Shown here: positions 62,175 to 64,000 of the stretch, piece after piece
Layout: each line of letters begins with the position of its first letter
How positions within the stretch are numbered: position 1 is the stretch's first letter
From: the human T2T-CHM13v2.0 reference genome, Homo sapiens
DNA length: 64,000 nucleotides
Strand: one strand, 5' to 3'
Assembly: GCF_009914755.1 (NCBI RefSeq)
Contig: NC_060938.1
Translations under genes and position numbers: made by a program
Notes under the pieces: generated by a model
What the model saw: only the letters and a program-made list of their open reading frames with translations
The model's database searches: none
What the model was told of the DNA's origin: nothing

Positions 62175-62324
62175 TAGTTTTATTTTTGTTTTTTAAAGAA
62201 GGTGGGGGGAGGGAAAGTGAGGAAAGGGGTAAAGGTTATATTTTTAAAGCATAGTCCTCCTGTTTTAGGGATAAGTACTAAAATAGGGATGACTTTACAT
62301 GATATGACGACTGCTGCTTACTTT

Positions 62325-62900
62325 TGAAGCAGCTGTGTTGTCTAAGACATACCCTGGGGTTCTTTGTCTTGTGCCAGGAAAATTTAGGGCACGGACACAC
62401 ACGAGGAGTTTAGGAGTGGAGGTTTAATAAGCAGAAGAGAAGAGAAAGAGAAACAGTACTCTACGAGAGAGAAAGGTCTCCCAGTGGAAAAGACCAGCGG
62501 GCAGCAGATGTGCCACATTTTAAAGGCAGGTTTGAGGAGACGGTGTCTGATTTACATAGGGCTCACAGATTGGTTCAATCAAGTATGAGATTTACATAGC
62601 ACCGGGAATGCTGGACGCCCTGCCCTAATCTTATTATGTAAATGAACTCTCCCGTTGACCAGCGCCATGTTGTCTGCTCCTTACTGTACGCCTGGCGGAT
62701 AAAGAGAAAAGAAGATGGAGCCGCCATCTTGAACATGATTGGCACAATTGCTGGCATCTATGTCCCTGCAGCTAGATTTTATAGGCTGCTCTTTGTTAGA
62801 AAGGAAAATAAGTTGGGGCTGCTTTTCATTAAAAGGAAAATTTACCGAGGACTTCCCTACCCTCACTATCTGCCTAAGTAATTTCTTAACTCCTGTATTA
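62325..62900 (-). mobile_element. Solo ERV1 LTR (LTR9-like)
   Basis: The minus strand starts taatacaggagttaagaaattacttaggcagatagtgaggg and ends gctgcttca; 4-bp TSD CTTT. Confidence 0.75.
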
Positions 62901-62959
62901 CTTTGAAATGGGGAGAGGGAGATGGATAAAAGTATAAATGAAATAAAATTGCTCTGAGG

Positions 62960-63742
62960 ATACAGGAAAAAAACAAACCAAAGTGCTCCCCCTATTTTCT
63001 TACTAAACAACACAGATACTTCAGTGACCAGATGTGTGGGGGTATCTCCCCATATACCAAGCAAGCAGCAGAATTCAGCTCAATTCTGACACTGTCTACC
63101 TAGGAAACAGCCTCAGATCCCGCGGATTGGAGGCTTAGTCCCACAAGACTTCAGACGCCAATCGCGAGCCCCAGGTTGTTTTGCTTGTGATTCTGACTGA
63201 CAGCTTTAAATCTGGGTTCCCAAGACCCTCTCCTTGAGTTCAATTAATTTGCTAGAGTGGCTCACAGAACTCGGATAAACACTTTACTTATATTATCGGT
63301 TTATGATAAGGGATATTACAAAGGATGCAGATAAAGAGATGCACAGGGCCAGGCATGTGGAATGGGGCACGGAGATTCCATGCCCTCCCCGGGCACATCA
63401 CCCTCCAGAAACCTCCATGTGTTCAGCTGCTTGGAGGCTCCCTGAACCCCATCTTTTTGGCTTGTATGGAAGCGTCATTACGTAGGCCTGATTGATTAAA
63501 CCGTGGCCATTGGTGATCAACTTGACCTTCAGCCCCTCTCCCTTCCCTGGAGGTTAGGCGGGGGTGGGACTGAAAGTCCCAACCCTCTGATCCTTCCCTG
63601 GTCTTTCCAGTGACCAGCAAGCTGCTGGGAGTGGCCAGCCAACAGTCAACTCATTCGTATACAGAAAATGGCATGTCACTTTAGAGATTCTAGGATTTTA
63701 GGAGTTGTATGCCAGGAAACTGGATGAAGACCAAATATATGC
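62960..63742 (-). mobile_element. MER21-type LTR, interrupted at its 5' end by the pseudogene
   Basis: caattctgacactgtctacct...gtcccacaagact...aatttgctagagtggctcacagaactc...gaccaaatatat. Confidence 0.8.
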
Positions 63743-63746
63743 ATAC

Positions 63747-64000
63747 TTTTTTTTAAAAAAATGTAAGCCTTTATTTGCTTATTTTGCAAATAAAGCTGGC
63801 TGAGTTGGTTGCTTTTTGGTGGTTAGTCAAAGAGACCAAATCCCATATCCTCATCCAACTCCTCCGACTCCTCGTTTTCAAACTTAGTTGGGGCTGCCGC
63901 AGCAGCAGGAGCAGCCGTGGCGGTAGTGGCCACAGGGGCAGCAGCCACAAAGGCAGATGGATCAGCCAAGAAGGTCTTGATCTTTTCAGCAGGCGGGAAG
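63747..64000 (-). pseudogene. Processed pseudogene of ribosomal stalk protein P0 (RPLP0), 3' end; continues beyond the window
   Basis: Minus strand 63999-63823 reads [58 protein letters not shown]; 3'UTR with AATAAA (63770-63775) and poly(A) remnant (63747-63754). The specific paralog (possibly RPLP0P3) is unverified. Confidence 0.95.

Overview
Primate (almost certainly human) intergenic DNA with no supportable protein-coding gene. The ORF track is dominated by Alu-derived, microsatellite-derived and chance GC-rich frames. By eye there are about 55-60 Alu elements or fragments, including several Alu-in-Alu insertions. There are also old L1M/L2/MIR fragments, DNA-transposon fossils (MER2, MER33, BLACKJACK-like hAT, Charlie-like) and solo LTRs. 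Four LTRs have visible TSDs (LTR6, THE1D, LTR8A/B, LTR9-like); two LTR33-like elements, an MLT1, a MER21 and an LTR16/41-like element were recognised without TSDs. The 3' end of a processed RPLP0 pseudogene lies on the minus strand at the right edge. Between the repeat clusters are GC-rich, repeat-poor blocks carrying NF-kB, AP-1/ARE, CRE and STAT motifs, a CpG-island-like core (~44.6-45.6 kb) that appears to derive from an LTR33, and splice/polyA signals that could define a spliced + strand lncRNA (47035-47229, 51406-~51765). From memory, this fits the PSMA6-RPLP0P3-NFKBIA interval on 14q13.2, but that is unverified inference. I see no evidence for a novel protein-coding system; the best candidate for something interesting is a TE-built enhancer/lncRNA unit. 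Repeat subfamily names are recalled from consensus sequences and need RepeatMasker/Dfam confirmation.
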